From positions 1 through 64,000 of IMG/VR virus record IMGVR_UViG_3300010373_000040: a DNA stretch of 64,000 bases. One strand, 5' to 3'. Made by a program: the position numbers and the translations under genes. Within the stretch, counting starts at the first letter, position 1, and each line of letters starts with the position of its first letter. Shown piece after piece: positions 31,089-40,640 of this stretch. The notes under the pieces are model-generated. The model did no database searches. It was not told where the DNA came from and saw only the letters and a list, made by a program, of their open reading frames with translations. The DNA comes from a virus.

Positions 31089-31699
31089 TATATAACAGTT
31101 TTTGTTGTTTCAGACTTACTATTGCTGTCACCAATCAAATCATCTAAACTACCCCACATCTCATCAAATATAAATGATCTGAGAGTAAAGTTTAATACTC
31201 CTAATTCTTTAGCTTTTCTAACTTTTGATACAATACTTTGATGAAGCTCTTTATTACTACCAATCTTTTTAGAATACATTAGTATTAAAGCATCTTTATC
31301 CCAATAGGTATCACCAATTTTCTCACCCTTCTTTAGAATCACTGATCTACCATCAATTATAGTAGTATTAGGATAAGCATCCCAAAGCTCTTCTCCTGCT
31401 GTATTAGAATCAACATAGTAAGCTTCTTGAAACTCATCTGTAAGATAGATATTAGCAAAATTAAGATCATCAGGAGTCTTAATAAATCTACCATCAATAA
31501 TACCTTTATCAATCATCTCCTGTACACCATCCTTACTAAACTTACCTTTTCCTAATTGATCTAGTATAATCTTAATAAATTCTAAGTATTCTGGATGCTG
31601 CTCATTAGCCATAAAAGCACAGTGAGCAAGAAGAAGACCCTCAATACTATGAAGGTCATACTTCTTCATTATTTTTGTCAATTGTTTTACGTCTATCAT
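31088..31699 (-). CDS. Putative replication initiator/helicase-associated protein
   Basis: EELWDAYP motif; position directly upstream of DnaB. Confidence 0.45.
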   Translation of the reverse strand: MIDVKQLTKIMKKYDLHSIEGLLLAHCAFMANEQHPEYLEFIKIILDQLGKGKFSKDGVQEMIDKGIIDGRFIKTPDDLNFANIYLTDEFQEAYYVDSNTAGEELWDAYPNTTIIDGRSVILKKGEKIGDTYWDKDALILMYSKKIGSNKELHQSIVSKVRKAKELGVLNFTLRSFIFDEMWGSLDDLIGDSNSKSETTKTVI

Positions 31700-31929
31700 T
31701 ATTTCTTTTCCCTATCTTTTAAAACCTTTCTAGCCATTTCCTCTAATGGAGGATAATTATCAAAAGCTTCTATCAACAGAGACATCATACCCATAGAATA
31801 ACATTTTAAATACATTTGAGTATCTTTAAACTCTTTGGGTTGTGCTATTAAAATATAGGACTCATAAGTACTATCTAATAGCTTTTTCATCACATCATCT
31901 TCCATCCAATCTTTTCTTAAAATTCTCAA
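31699..31929 (-). CDS. Hypothetical protein
   Basis: 76 aa, coupled. Confidence 0.5.
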   Translation of the reverse strand: MRILRKDWMEDDVMKKLLDSTYESYILIAQPKEFKDTQMYLKCYSMGMMSLLIEAFDNYPPLEEMARKVLKDREKK

Positions 31930-33214
31930 CTAATTCACTAATACTATTCACTTTAATAATTCCTTTTTTACCTTTCTGACATGACTTGAGCCAATGTTCG
32001 TCCTTACTATCCTTCAAGTAAACATTCACAATCAAAGCCAACTTATCCTCTCCTTCATGTCTAGTAGATCTCCATTCCCTTTGAGAGTTCTTCTCTGGTT
32101 TAGAATTTCTACCATATACTATAGAAGCGTTACATCCTGAGATGTCCAAACCTAAGTCAGCAGCTCTCACAGTATTAAGTCTAGTAAAATCTCCAGCATT
32201 AAACATCTTGATGTAAAGCTCTCTAACTTTCTTAGCTCCTAGTTTAGTAGCAGAACCTTTCTTACCAACTTTAAACCCATATTTCTCCAATAACTCATTA
32301 GGAAGTTCCTGACCTTTTATCTGACTGTGGTAAGTCTTACTATTAGGAAGAAGTTCTGTAAGCTTCTCAGCAGCATCTATTGAAGCTCCAAAGGTAATAG
32401 CTTTCCTATCTGGTAGAGCCTTTAGAATCTCTGCTACAGTCTTGATCTTACCTAGATGATTCTGGATAAACTTAACTCTCTTTTGAGTAGCATCTTGCCA
32501 GATATTAGCTTTCCTTGAATATTCCTTAGCTAGAATCTCATAAGAAGGTCCTTGAATCCCGTTAGCTTTGACATAGTTTAAAGCTCCTCCATAGGTTAGG
32601 CATTCCATAGCAGTATGAAAGTCTTGTCCAAATGTGGCAAATGTCTCATCTACTACTATGTTATTCTTATCATAGTATTCTCTCTCTGGGAGGGTTAGTT
32701 CTAATCCTAGATTGTATTCTATACTATCAGATACCCACCCCTTCTCTAAAGCTTCCTGCTTAGTTAAAGTATAAGCACAAGGTAGGAATGATCCTATGAT
32801 TCTTTTATTATCGCTAGACCATGTACCACTGAGTGCAACTAAATAGGCTCCATTAGCTAATTCAAATATCCTTGAGAATACACGTCCTATGCAGAACAAT
32901 GCTGCCTCATCAATGATAGTTATCTCAGTATTGAGAGGTTCATTCTTTATAGTAACACCATTAATAACTAGAACTTGGTAGTTAGTCACATTCCATTTAG
33001 GAAGTTCTAGCTCCCATTGTTCTTTCAAATTATCTGTAGGAACTATTACAGACACTCTATAAGCAGGTCTAAGGGCTTGAACTCTTAGAATGAATAGTAT
33101 AGCCATTCTGGTCTTGCCAGCCGCACCTACGACATCTAAATAGCATCTACCCTTATGTTTAATAATGGATTCAACCACCTCCTCCTGCATTATGTCTTTT
33201 GAAGATTTAATCAT
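31895..33214 (-). CDS. Superfamily 2 helicase
   Basis: GAAGKT, IVPT..L..QW, IIDEA, LSGT, LGLDISGC, QREWRSTR. Confidence 0.85.
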   Translation of the reverse strand: MIKSSKDIMQEEVVESIIKHKGRCYLDVVGAAGKTRMAILFILRVQALRPAYRVSVIVPTDNLKEQWELELPKWNVTNYQVLVINGVTIKNEPLNTEITIIDEAALFCIGRVFSRIFELANGAYLVALSGTWSSDNKRIIGSFLPCAYTLTKQEALEKGWVSDSIEYNLGLELTLPEREYYDKNNIVVDETFATFGQDFHTAMECLTYGGALNYVKANGIQGPSYEILAKEYSRKANIWQDATQKRVKFIQNHLGKIKTVAEILKALPDRKAITFGASIDAAEKLTELLPNSKTYHSQIKGQELPNELLEKYGFKVGKKGSATKLGAKKVRELYIKMFNAGDFTRLNTVRAADLGLDISGCNASIVYGRNSKPEKNSQREWRSTRHEGEDKLALIVNVYLKDSKDEHWLKSCQKGKKGIIKVNSISELVENFKKRLDGR

Positions 33215-33216
33215 AA

Positions 33217-33813
33217 TTATTCCTTAATACTAACATTAATTTGATGTGGAGCAGTTCTATTCCCTCCAAAATAAGGATAAAGCATGTAATGAACAGCCCT
33301 CTGTTCCGAACAACCCCTATATTTTAATACTTTTAGATTGCCGTTGTAATTAAAATTATATGAATCACCTACAATGTAAATGCTGTAACTCCCTTCCTGT
33401 CCTAGTTCAGCGTAACCCATTGAAATTACTTTATCGTTAGGACTGACGATCTGTCCAGCCTTATGAATGTAAGCCAATATTTCTATTTTGTTCATTGAAG
33501 CTACCCAACGCCAACCGAATCTTGCAGAGTTGGTTTCATGGTCACAGTTACAGTCTGAGAAGCCGTATAGCTTATTAATGTCGTTCTGGTCTTTAGATTG
33601 TAAGTCATAAATACAAGTCTCGTCAAAACGGGCTTTAAAGTCCAAATGATCAGTGGTAAGAGTTGCTATGTGTAAACCTTCTGATTCGTGATTACCTTCT
33701 TTAATATGGTAGATTTTCCACTCGTGAATGCCTAACAGTCTTTGAAGATCGGATTTGCAGGATGAAAGCACTAACAATAATAACACATATCTCATAATGC
33801 AAGTGATAACCAA
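33217..33813 (-). CDS. Lipoprotein with beta-sandwich domain
   Basis: MRYVLLLLVLSSC lipobox; NKLYGFSD..NSARFGWRW..YPYFGG..AP. Confidence 0.65.
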   Translation of the reverse strand: MVITCIMRYVLLLLVLSSCKSDLQRLLGIHEWKIYHIKEGNHESEGLHIATLTTDHLDFKARFDETCIYDLQSKDQNDINKLYGFSDCNCDHETNSARFGWRWVASMNKIEILAYIHKAGQIVSPNDKVISMGYAELGQEGSYSIYIVGDSYNFNYNGNLKVLKYRGCSEQRAVHYMLYPYFGGNRTAPHQINVSIKE

Positions 33814-34124
33814 ATTAGACCAGTAAATATAACTCCAATACCAAAAGGCATACCAAGTAATTGTCTATTCTCACGTTCTAAAATCCCTGTAGCAGAGTAA
33901 ACGCTTTTGAAATGTTTCTTGCCTATTTTGTGTGTTACAACGTAGTAAGACTCATTGCCTGTTTGATCTATGTGCTTGGTCACTGATTTTATTTCATGCC
34001 CGTATAAGCTCTCTGAAATGCATACAGGGGCATCGTCTATCTCAATGGTTTGCTTTTTGAAGTCAGAAGCGTTTGCTAATGAGTAAGTGAATATTAATGC
34101 GAGGGTGAATATTATTTTTTTCAT
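33792..34124 (-). CDS. Exported protein (PepSY/BLIP-like) with C-terminal TM
   Basis: MKKIIF..ANA signal peptide; C-terminal hydrophobic helix. Confidence 0.5.
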   Translation of the reverse strand: MKKIIFTLALIFTYSLANASDFKKQTIEIDDAPVCISESLYGHEIKSVTKHIDQTGNESYYVVTHKIGKKHFKSVYSATGILERENRQLLGMPFGIGVIFTGLIWLSLAL

Positions 34125-34135
34125 GTTAGTTTTGT

Positions 34136-34345
34136 TTACTCTGTGTCTTTAACTTCTTCTAAGAGGTCGTGTTTGGTTGTTTCATTAGATAACCGATACC
34201 TGTATTTACCATCTGAATTATAACCTAATCTTTCACCAATAGGATTGATTCCTGAATATAAATCGCCAACACGGCTTTCTATAGTGACTCGCTTAAGCCA
34301 TCCATTGAAATAAACTTTTCCGACTTCTATTTTGAGTTGTGCCAT
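34136..34345 (-). CDS. Hypothetical protein
   Basis: 69 aa in operon. Confidence 0.55.
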   Translation of the reverse strand: MAQLKIEVGKVYFNGWLKRVTIESRVGDLYSGINPIGERLGYNSDGKYRYRLSNETTKHDLLEEVKDTE

Positions 34346-34348
34346 AAG

Positions 34349-34759
34349 CTATTTAGTGGTTAATGATGGTTGAGGTAAGGGCATCCAGTGGGTATGAGAT
34401 AGCTTAAAATTACCTTCTGATTGAAATAATCCCATAGCCCATGATTCATTAGACCAGTAGTCAATACAATACGTCCCGCTTTGACCGATGCATAATACTC
34501 GTTCGTGTACTTTTGGCATGCCATCTTCCACGCTTATCCACTTCGGAATCTCCTCTTGCATAAACTTCATTTCTTGCTCGTGAAATAGTTGTAGGGCTTT
34601 AAATTCCAATTGAAGTAATTCATAACCAAAGTCTCTATCACCTGTCCAAGCCTGTACAACCTGTTCATAAAATTCATAATCAGTTTCAGTGTTGGTTATA
34701 TGATCCTGCCACTGCTCACGCGTCAATCGCTCACTGGGGTTTTGTGGTTCTTTTTTCAT
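34349..34759 (-). CDS. DUF551 domain protein
   Basis: WISVEDGMP...THWMPLPQP. Confidence 0.75.
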   Translation of the reverse strand: MKKEPQNPSERLTREQWQDHITNTETDYEFYEQVVQAWTGDRDFGYELLQLEFKALQLFHEQEMKFMQEEIPKWISVEDGMPKVHERVLCIGQSGTYCIDYWSNESWAMGLFQSEGNFKLSHTHWMPLPQPSLTTK

Positions 34760-34761
34760 GG

Positions 34762-34950
34762 TTATACGTTTTTCAAATTAAAATAATTGCCTTTGTGAGA
34801 CTGCTTACTTTCTATTTCTTCCACTGTTGCTAATCTCCATTTCTGGCTAACTATAGGCCTTTCCGATGAATAAGACATCATCCTGCCTTTAGGAATATCA
34901 ATCCCCTCATAAGAATAGGATTGAACACAAATAACCCAATAACTTTTCAT
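34762..34950 (-). CDS. Hypothetical protein
   Basis: 62 aa; WRLATVEEI motif. Confidence 0.55.
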   Translation of the reverse strand: MKSYWVICVQSYSYEGIDIPKGRMMSYSSERPIVSQKWRLATVEEIESKQSHKGNYFNLKNV

Positions 34951-34975
34951 CTTACTTCTTATTTAGTTCCTGTGA

Positions 34976-35386
34976 TTACTTTTTAACTCGTTTATAAGTA
35001 CCATTGCCTTGATCTATCCACTCACTTAACATATTGATCTCAAGTTTTGCTTTGAATGCCTTAGCGATGTCATGAGGTGTTAAGCCGTTCCAAGGGACAA
35101 GTACACCGATAGAGCGGAGGTAGTCGATCATTTCATAAGTCATACTTATAAAATCTTGACTTATTCCATCGTGACAATGAAATACCTCGTCTAACATAGC
35201 ATTGAAATGGCTTTCTTCTTCATCCGTGAGGCTTTCGATTGACCGGAGAGATAGGTGATCAGTTCTCCAAATTGTTTCTTGTCCGATCTCCAATAAACCG
35301 CATGGGTAATTCATACAAGCTATCGATTGCCCCCAATAATTGGCGAAAAACTTCGCTTTATTCTCTGGTGTGTTTTCTGGTTTCAT
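34976..35386 (-). CDS. Hypothetical protein
   Basis: 136 aa; ENKAKFFA.YWGQ..DYLRS.G. Confidence 0.6.
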   Translation of the reverse strand: MKPENTPENKAKFFANYWGQSIACMNYPCGLLEIGQETIWRTDHLSLRSIESLTDEEESHFNAMLDEVFHCHDGISQDFISMTYEMIDYLRSIGVLVPWNGLTPHDIAKAFKAKLEINMLSEWIDQGNGTYKRVKK

Positions 35387-35673
35387 AGTTTATTTTTTAA
35401 ATAAGTATACATTTCAGAAGCTATCGTTCCTATCTCTTTAAGATCTTCACGAGTTTTCAAATTAGGATTATGAATCATCGATATAATTCCTACCACATTT
35501 TGAACCAACTCTTCATCATCATGAATAGGAAACACACACTTATCTATCATCTTCTGATTACGGGCAGCGTGATAAGCTTCTGCTGTCTCAAAAGGGAAAT
35601 TAAAGTAGTCCTCTTTTTCGCAAATACGATTCCATGTCTCTTCGGGTGTCTCTTCTCTGTTTGTATCTGGCAT
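35383..35673 (-). CDS. Hypothetical protein
   Basis: 96 aa, coupled. Confidence 0.55.
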   Translation of the reverse strand: MPDTNREETPEETWNRICEKEDYFNFPFETAEAYHAARNQKMIDKCVFPIHDDEELVQNVVGIISMIHNPNLKTREDLKEIGTIASEMYTYLKNKL

Positions 35674-35682
35674 AATGGTTAA

Positions 35683-35979
35683 TTAATATGATTTATGTGC
35701 ATCCCAACTTTGATCATCATCGAAGTCGCCGCTTTCTTCACGATATTGTTGCCATCTTTCAGTGAAAGCTTTACTTGCAGGTGAAATCCTGGTTGTATTA
35801 TTTTTCTTCTTTGGATCTACAGTATTCCAATAGGCATCTTTACAAATAGTTCCTGATTTTGTCTTGCAAAAAGCTTGCTGATAACTACTTTTTATAAAAT
35901 GACTATTACATGAGGGGCAGATAAGAGTAGCACCAACTTTAGAAATTTTATTTAAAGTATACCTATTTTTGATCTTCAT
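35683..35979 (-). CDS. Zn-finger hypothetical protein
   Basis: CPSC..FC..C pattern. Confidence 0.6.
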   Translation of the reverse strand: MKIKNRYTLNKISKVGATLICPSCNSHFIKSSYQQAFCKTKSGTICKDAYWNTVDPKKKNNTTRISPASKAFTERWQQYREESGDFDDDQSWDAHKSY

Positions 35980-36007
35980 ACTTCTCTTGTTTATTCCCTA
36001 TGGGAGG

Positions 36008-36202
36008 TTAATCTTTATAAACTTCTTTAAAATCACTACTCTTCAATCTTCTAATCTTATCCTTAGCATACTCCAGAGAAGCTACTGAATACAAATCAAC
36101 ATCTTTATAATCAAACATCCACCAAAGCCTATATTGAACCTTATATGCTTCTTCATTATTCTGCTTTAGAACTCTATATCTAACTCTAAATAGATTTCTC
36201 AT
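36008..36202 (-). CDS. Hypothetical protein
   Basis: 64 aa, coupled. Confidence 0.55.
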   Translation of the reverse strand: MRNLFRVRYRVLKQNNEEAYKVQYRLWWMFDYKDVDLYSVASLEYAKDKIRRLKSSDFKEVYKD

Positions 36203-36567
36203 ATCACTTCACAATAGTACAAATATCCACTACCTGAGCCATCAGTGATAATTATAATCACTTCACTATTCTTATCAAATAGAACAGTAGCATAGTACTT
36301 CCTTCTATGATCATAGTAAACAAATGTTAAATAACTATCCCCTTTTACTTCTTCATAAGCTTTCTCTTTTATATCAAAAGCTTTATCATGATTAGAGAAC
36401 TTCAAGAAAGCTCCATCTATAGAAATCTGTTGACCATTCCCCTCAATCTTACCTCCTACATCTTTAAGGTCTACCTGCTTAATCTTAGATATAACCCTAA
36501 AATGTATTGATTCTGCCTGTCCTACTACTGATAGCAAGACCAAACAAAGTGTTATAATGTGTTTCAT
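36199..36567 (-). CDS. Secreted hypothetical protein
   Basis: MKHIITLCLVLLSVVGQA signal peptide. Confidence 0.6.
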   Translation of the reverse strand: MKHIITLCLVLLSVVGQAESIHFRVISKIKQVDLKDVGGKIEGNGQQISIDGAFLKFSNHDKAFDIKEKAYEEVKGDSYLTFVYYDHRRKYYATVLFDKNSEVIIIITDGSGSGYLYYCEVI

Positions 36568-36569
36568 TA

Positions 36570-36833
36570 TTATTCTAGTATGTTTTTAGGAACTAAGTTC
36601 TGTTCTTCTTCATCAAATTCTTTCAAATATACTTCTTTTAGAGAGCTATAATGATTCATTAAAGCTTCTGTAACATCCCAAGACTCATAAGACTTCTCCA
36701 GTAATGCTATAAAATATGCAACATCATCATGGTCTATAATATCCTGTATTCTAAATACCAATTCTTCAATTGTTAACTCCTCTCTTGTAGCAAGAGATAC
36801 AGTTTTCATGTATTTTTTATTTGTTTTTTTCAT
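36570..36833 (-). CDS. Hypothetical protein
   Basis: 87 aa. Confidence 0.55.
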   Translation of the reverse strand: MKKTNKKYMKTVSLATREELTIEELVFRIQDIIDHDDVAYFIALLEKSYESWDVTEALMNHYSSLKEVYLKEFDEEEQNLVPKNILE

Positions 36834-36836
36834 AAC

Positions 36837-37181
36837 CTACCCAATAAAACCTTCCATATCTTTAGCAATCATTTGTTCATGCCTTTTATTCATGTAGCTA
36901 ACCATAGCTTTTTGTTGAATCTCAATCAATGTAGACTGGTACAAGAACCTAATCTCTGAGAGATTCTTATAATGTTCTCCATTAAACTCTTTTAGCAAAT
37001 ACAAATAAGCTGAATCATTCTCTTCCTCTGGATAATCTTGATCCAGTACTCTCTTAATCATGTTGCTGAAAGCTACCCTAGGGCAACTACTGTACCCAGG
37101 GTAGAACTCTTCTATAAACTCTTGTGATAATGCTTCTTCATTTGATTCCATCTTGTCCTTGTTTATAGCTCCAATACCCAC
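36837..37181 (-). CDS. Hypothetical protein
   Basis: Up to 114 aa, acidic. Confidence 0.55.
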   Translation of the reverse strand: MGIGAINKDKMESNEEALSQEFIEEFYPGYSSCPRVAFSNMIKRVLDQDYPEEENDSAYLYLLKEFNGEHYKNLSEIRFLYQSTLIEIQQKAMVSYMNKRHEQMIAKDMEGFIG

Positions 37182-37341
37182 TGTAAGCAGTATAGAGAGC
37201 TGATAAGAACGCCACTAAGAAACCACTAAAAGGATCTTTACCTGTATGCAATGCTGTAGTAAGCCATCCTAATCCAGCAGCAATACCAATTAATCCTATT
37301 AACCAACTTGTGTTGATAATCTTTACAATTTTCTCTTTCAT
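37138..37341 (-). CDS. Small two-TM membrane protein
   Basis: Two hydrophobic helices. Confidence 0.55.
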   Translation of the reverse strand: MKEKIVKIINTSWLIGLIGIAAGLGWLTTALHTGKDPFSGFLVAFLSALYTAYSGYWSYKQGQDGIK

Positions 37342-37353
37342 ATTTCTATACTT

Positions 37354-37725
37354 TTATTCTCCGTGCAATAAACAATCTGTGTTTCTAATACTATAACCAG
37401 TCCCATAAGAATCTTCATTATCCATTTTAGGACAACTACATTTTGGTAATAGCCAGAATTTATGAAAACTAGAATCTTTTTCAAACTTCCAAAGTTCTTG
37501 TAAACAATATTCTACGTTAGTTATATTGAGAGCTATCTTTTTAAGTTTAACTGGATCATTAGTTTTTCTTATCATATCTATATGAGCTTCCTTCAATATA
37601 TGATAAGCTTTAATAGCTTCTACATTTGGGGTGTCAAGTCTCTTTAGTTTTATAAGATTGGAGTTTAGGACACTTATCACATCTCCATTATATATAACAT
37701 TTAAATCCATAATCACACTAACCAT
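37354..37725 (-). CDS. Hypothetical protein with Cys/His cluster
   Basis: LQELWKF..FHKFW..PKCSCPKMDN..DCLLHG. Confidence 0.65.
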   Translation of the reverse strand: MVSVIMDLNVIYNGDVISVLNSNLIKLKRLDTPNVEAIKAYHILKEAHIDMIRKTNDPVKLKKIALNITNVEYCLQELWKFEKDSSFHKFWLLPKCSCPKMDNEDSYGTGYSIRNTDCLLHGE

Positions 37726-38105
37726 ATTAAAATTCCTATACTTATTAAAAACATTGTAGCTCTTAGCCAGAATGATAGCTCTAGCTTTGATGTACTCTCA
37801 GTACTCTGACTAAAGAAGTTATACGAAGGAACGTCTATATAATACCTACCTTCATAATAAGCACCATTATGCCAGAACGAATAAGACATACTACAGGCTA
37901 TTAGGAGCCAGCACATTTGTTCTAAACTATAATCCATGTATCTAGCTTCAGCTACCATAGAGGCTGTTAGAACTATGAATAAATCAAACAGGGTGTGTAT
38001 ATCCCATGAGAAAGCTTTAGAAGCCTTACCAGAAAATAATACTGCATGGATTACACCAAAGGTCATAGACCATAATGCAAAGTTTGTGAATAGTAAGTAT
38101 TTCAT
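37713..38105 (-). CDS. Multi-TM membrane protein
   Basis: About four hydrophobic segments. Confidence 0.6.
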   Translation of the reverse strand: MKYLLFTNFALWSMTFGVIHAVLFSGKASKAFSWDIHTLFDLFIVLTASMVAEARYMDYSLEQMCWLLIACSMSYSFWHNGAYYEGRYYIDVPSYNFFSQSTESTSKLELSFWLRATMFLISIGILIWLV

Positions 38106-38235
38106 ATCAACAACATTTTAATTTCACTCTCTGAAAACCCTTCCATCTTCAGATAATACACTAGTTTGGGTTTATTAGAAGTATATCTCATACTCCAGTA
38201 AACCCTCTCTAATAGCTCATAGAATCTTTCTTCCA

Positions 38236-38463
38236 TCATTTAAACCATTTATAATTGTGACACTTGGTACATAAAGCTTTGTACTTAACTTTAAAAGGAA
38301 TCCATCTTATATGGATGTGAGAATCTATACATTGTTTCTTACACTCAGGACATTTGAGATTATCCATTTTCTGTAGAAGCGTGTAGATAATTATAAAGAT
38401 AATACCTAGAGAAATCAAAACAAAGACAATTATTGTTAATCCAAAATTTGGTACTGTATTCAT
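38236..38463 (-). CDS. TM-anchored Zn-ribbon protein
   Basis: N-terminal TM, CPEC..CTKC. Confidence 0.6.
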   Translation of the reverse strand: MNTVPNFGLTIIVFVLISLGIIFIIIYTLLQKMDNLKCPECKKQCIDSHIHIRWIPFKVKYKALCTKCHNYKWFK

Positions 38464-38503
38464 AACTTTTTATTAAGGAGGGCTATTCACCCTCCATATT
38501 TTG

Positions 38504-38686
38504 TTAAAATGTTTCTACGTCTGCTTTTATTACTAAGAGCCTTTCTTGTTTTGTCATATCTTTCCAACAATCCCAGCATGTAACTGGTACATCATGAACA
38601 TATATTCCATCTTCAGGATGTTTGAAGTAGCAACCACAATTTTGGCAGCAACTTCCGTCTAGCATGTCTTCTGCAATTTGTCCCAT
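38504..38686 (-). CDS. Small Zn-finger protein
   Basis: MGQIAEDMLDG.CC..CG..C..C. Confidence 0.6.
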   Translation of the reverse strand: MGQIAEDMLDGSCCQNCGCYFKHPEDGIYVHDVPVTCWDCWKDMTKQERLLVIKADVETF

Positions 38687-39178
38687 TTAGTCTTCAATCT
38701 CTTTAATTTCAAATAAATGGTCTGCCAGCACAGGTGATAAGAAATCTACCAGTATATTAGTTCTTTGGTGCTTCAAATATTCACCCATAAATTCATGAAG
38801 AAACTCTCTATCTGTAGCATTAAGCTGTTCCCATGTTTTAACTCTTTCAAGCTCTCTAGGGCTAGTCACTTTAATCTGAGACTTTAGATATTGATGATAG
38901 GGCTTACTGTCCCACAGCACTCCCTGACCATCTACAATAGCACTTTGCTTAATGATGGACATGTAAGACTTCAGTTTCTCCTGAGTCTCTGTATGTCTCT
39001 CTATTACACTGGGAAGATGTTCTTGTAACTTAATTGCATCTTCATTCTTTACAAACCATTTTTGAATTTGCTCTAGTTTAGCAATTTTGAATGATTTACT
39101 GGTTCCAATAAGGGAGATAACTTGATCTCCTAATTTGATTGTTAGGTTCATAGTTTTAGGGTTTAAGTTTCTTAGCAA
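38687..39178 (-). CDS. Hypothetical protein (start likely 39151)
   Basis: ORF preceded by an AC-rich leader. Confidence 0.6.
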   Translation of the reverse strand: MLRNLNPKTMNLTIKLGDQVISLIGTSKSFKIAKLEQIQKWFVKNEDAIKLQEHLPSVIERHTETQEKLKSYMSIIKQSAIVDGQGVLWDSKPYHQYLKSQIKVTSPRELERVKTWEQLNATDREFLHEFMGEYLKHQRTNILVDFLSPVLADHLFEIKEIED

Positions 39179-39292
39179 TAAAACATGTGTGAGTATCTTT
39201 AGACTTATATCCGTAATACTTCACTTCATGTACTATATACTTGTTACCATTCTTGTATAGGATTGATCCTATATCATGGTTGTTAGGTATTT

Positions 39293-39598
39293 TTATGTAG
39301 AACTTAGGCATTTTTCTAAATCTTTAATAGTGCCTACCCATGATTTACTACTGTTAAAACTGATGGTGATGAGAGCTTCTTCTCTTTGTTCATAAGTTGC
39401 TCCTGCTCCTTTATATCCATCAACAACAATACTTTTCCCTTCTGATTTTAAATCACTAATAAGTATCTTAACCTGACCTTTTCTTAAAAGCTCGCTGGGT
39501 CTAGTACCGAGTATAGAGATTGTAGAATATAATACTCTTTCCATAATATTAGGGGTTAGGTTGTCTACCTTCTGTTTTAATAAACATTGGTTTTTCAC
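39293..39598 (-). CDS. Hypothetical protein
   Basis: Coupled ORF; start uncertain. Confidence 0.5.
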   Translation of the reverse strand: MKNQCLLKQKVDNLTPNIMERVLYSTISILGTRPSELLRKGQVKILISDLKSEGKSIVVDGYKGAGATYEQREEALITISFNSSKSWVGTIKDLEKCLSST

Positions 39599-39893
39599 TC
39601 CAATACTCTTCTTCTATAAGCCTTACACATAAATAAACTCGTGTTAATGTATCTATAGCATTATAATCAGTGTATCTAGAATCACGCATGTATGTGTTAG
39701 TTTTCCAAAATCCTACTAATTTGTCAAAGTCTTCCAATTTAGGAAAGAAGCTTTTATATTCAGATTTTATTTCTATAATACTCTCACAATAGCAAACGGC
39801 ATCACCACTGTCTTCATCAGAAGTATGGTCTATTATAAGGTCTTTAATACCACTGAATATCTCAGGGTAAAACGATTTAGTTATCTTGTTCAT
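39549..39893 (-). CDS. Hypothetical protein
   Basis: 114 aa. Confidence 0.55.
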   Translation of the reverse strand: MNKITKSFYPEIFSGIKDLIIDHTSDEDSGDAVCYCESIIEIKSEYKSFFPKLEDFDKLVGFWKTNTYMRDSRYTDYNAIDTLTRVYLCVRLIEEEYWSEKPMFIKTEGRQPNP

Positions 39894-39913
39894 TTAGTTT
39901 AAGTTTTAGGTTA

Positions 39914-40093
39914 TTAACAGAAGGCACATGCCCATGAATCACTTGAAGCATTATAGTGATAGTTTATTGTTTTACATTGGGGACATCTTTGAGTGCTAGG
40001 TTGAGTTCTATCAGTTCTTATAGACTGTAGAAACTCCAAAGCTTTTATGTGTTTCAGTTTTTCTTTAGTTATTTCGTCTTCTACTGTTCTCAT
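39914..40093 (-). CDS. Small Zn-ribbon protein (59 aa, not in ORF track)
   Basis: MRTVEDEIT...CPQC...WACAFC*. Confidence 0.55.
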   Translation of the reverse strand: MRTVEDEITKEKLKHIKALEFLQSIRTDRTQPSTQRCPQCKTINYHYNASSDSWACAFC

Positions 40094-40268
40094 AGATTTT
40101 AGAATTTTACATAAATCTCTAGCAATTTCTCAATATTTAAGAGATGAATAGCAGCAGCTACAACATCTCCTTTAGCATAAGCACTTTCCATGTTTAGAAT
40201 CTCACTACATGTAGATTCATAAATTAATGTTGGTGTGTAATAGAACATAATAGTGTGTTTAAGGTGAA

Positions 40269-40538
40269 TTACTTCTTTTTCTTACGTTTCTTTTTTGCTG
40301 GTGTAAATCTAGGCCCTCTTTTACTAGAGGGATAGTTAAACAATTCTGGTTGAAAGGTATTGTTTATCATATAAGGTTCTTGCATAAATAAATTATGAGA
40401 AGACTTGATCTCTTTAATCTCATTACTATCTATCATAATAATATCTACAGTACCTTGAGCATGCATTTCAGCAATATGTGAAGCTACACCCATATCCGGG
40501 TGCGCAATTACTACAGGTTTTGGATTATAATGTTCCAT
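40269..40538 (-). CDS. Hypothetical protein with basic C-terminus
   Basis: Start moved to MEHYNPK because the upstream part overlaps a tRNA-like element; ends KKKRKKKK. Confidence 0.5.
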   Translation of the reverse strand: MEHYNPKPVVIAHPDMGVASHIAEMHAQGTVDIIMIDSNEIKEIKSSHNLFMQEPYMINNTFQPELFNYPSSKRGPRFTPAKKKRKKKK

Positions 40539-40553
40539 AAGATTTAAATTTAG

Positions 40554-40620
40554 TTCTTCTGACTCTACTTGAAAGAGCATAATCTCAGGCGGCAGATTGT
40601 TTTACTTAAACTACAGAAGA
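40554..40620 (-). ncRNA. tRNA-like cloverleaf with non-canonical 8-nt anticodon loop
   Basis: TCTTCTG-TA-GTTT(AAGTA)AAAC-AATCT(GCCGCCTG)AGATT-AT-GCTCT(TTCAAGT)AGAGT-CAGAAGA-A. Confidence 0.6.
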
Positions 40621-40640
40621 TCCCTTGACTAAGGGGATTA

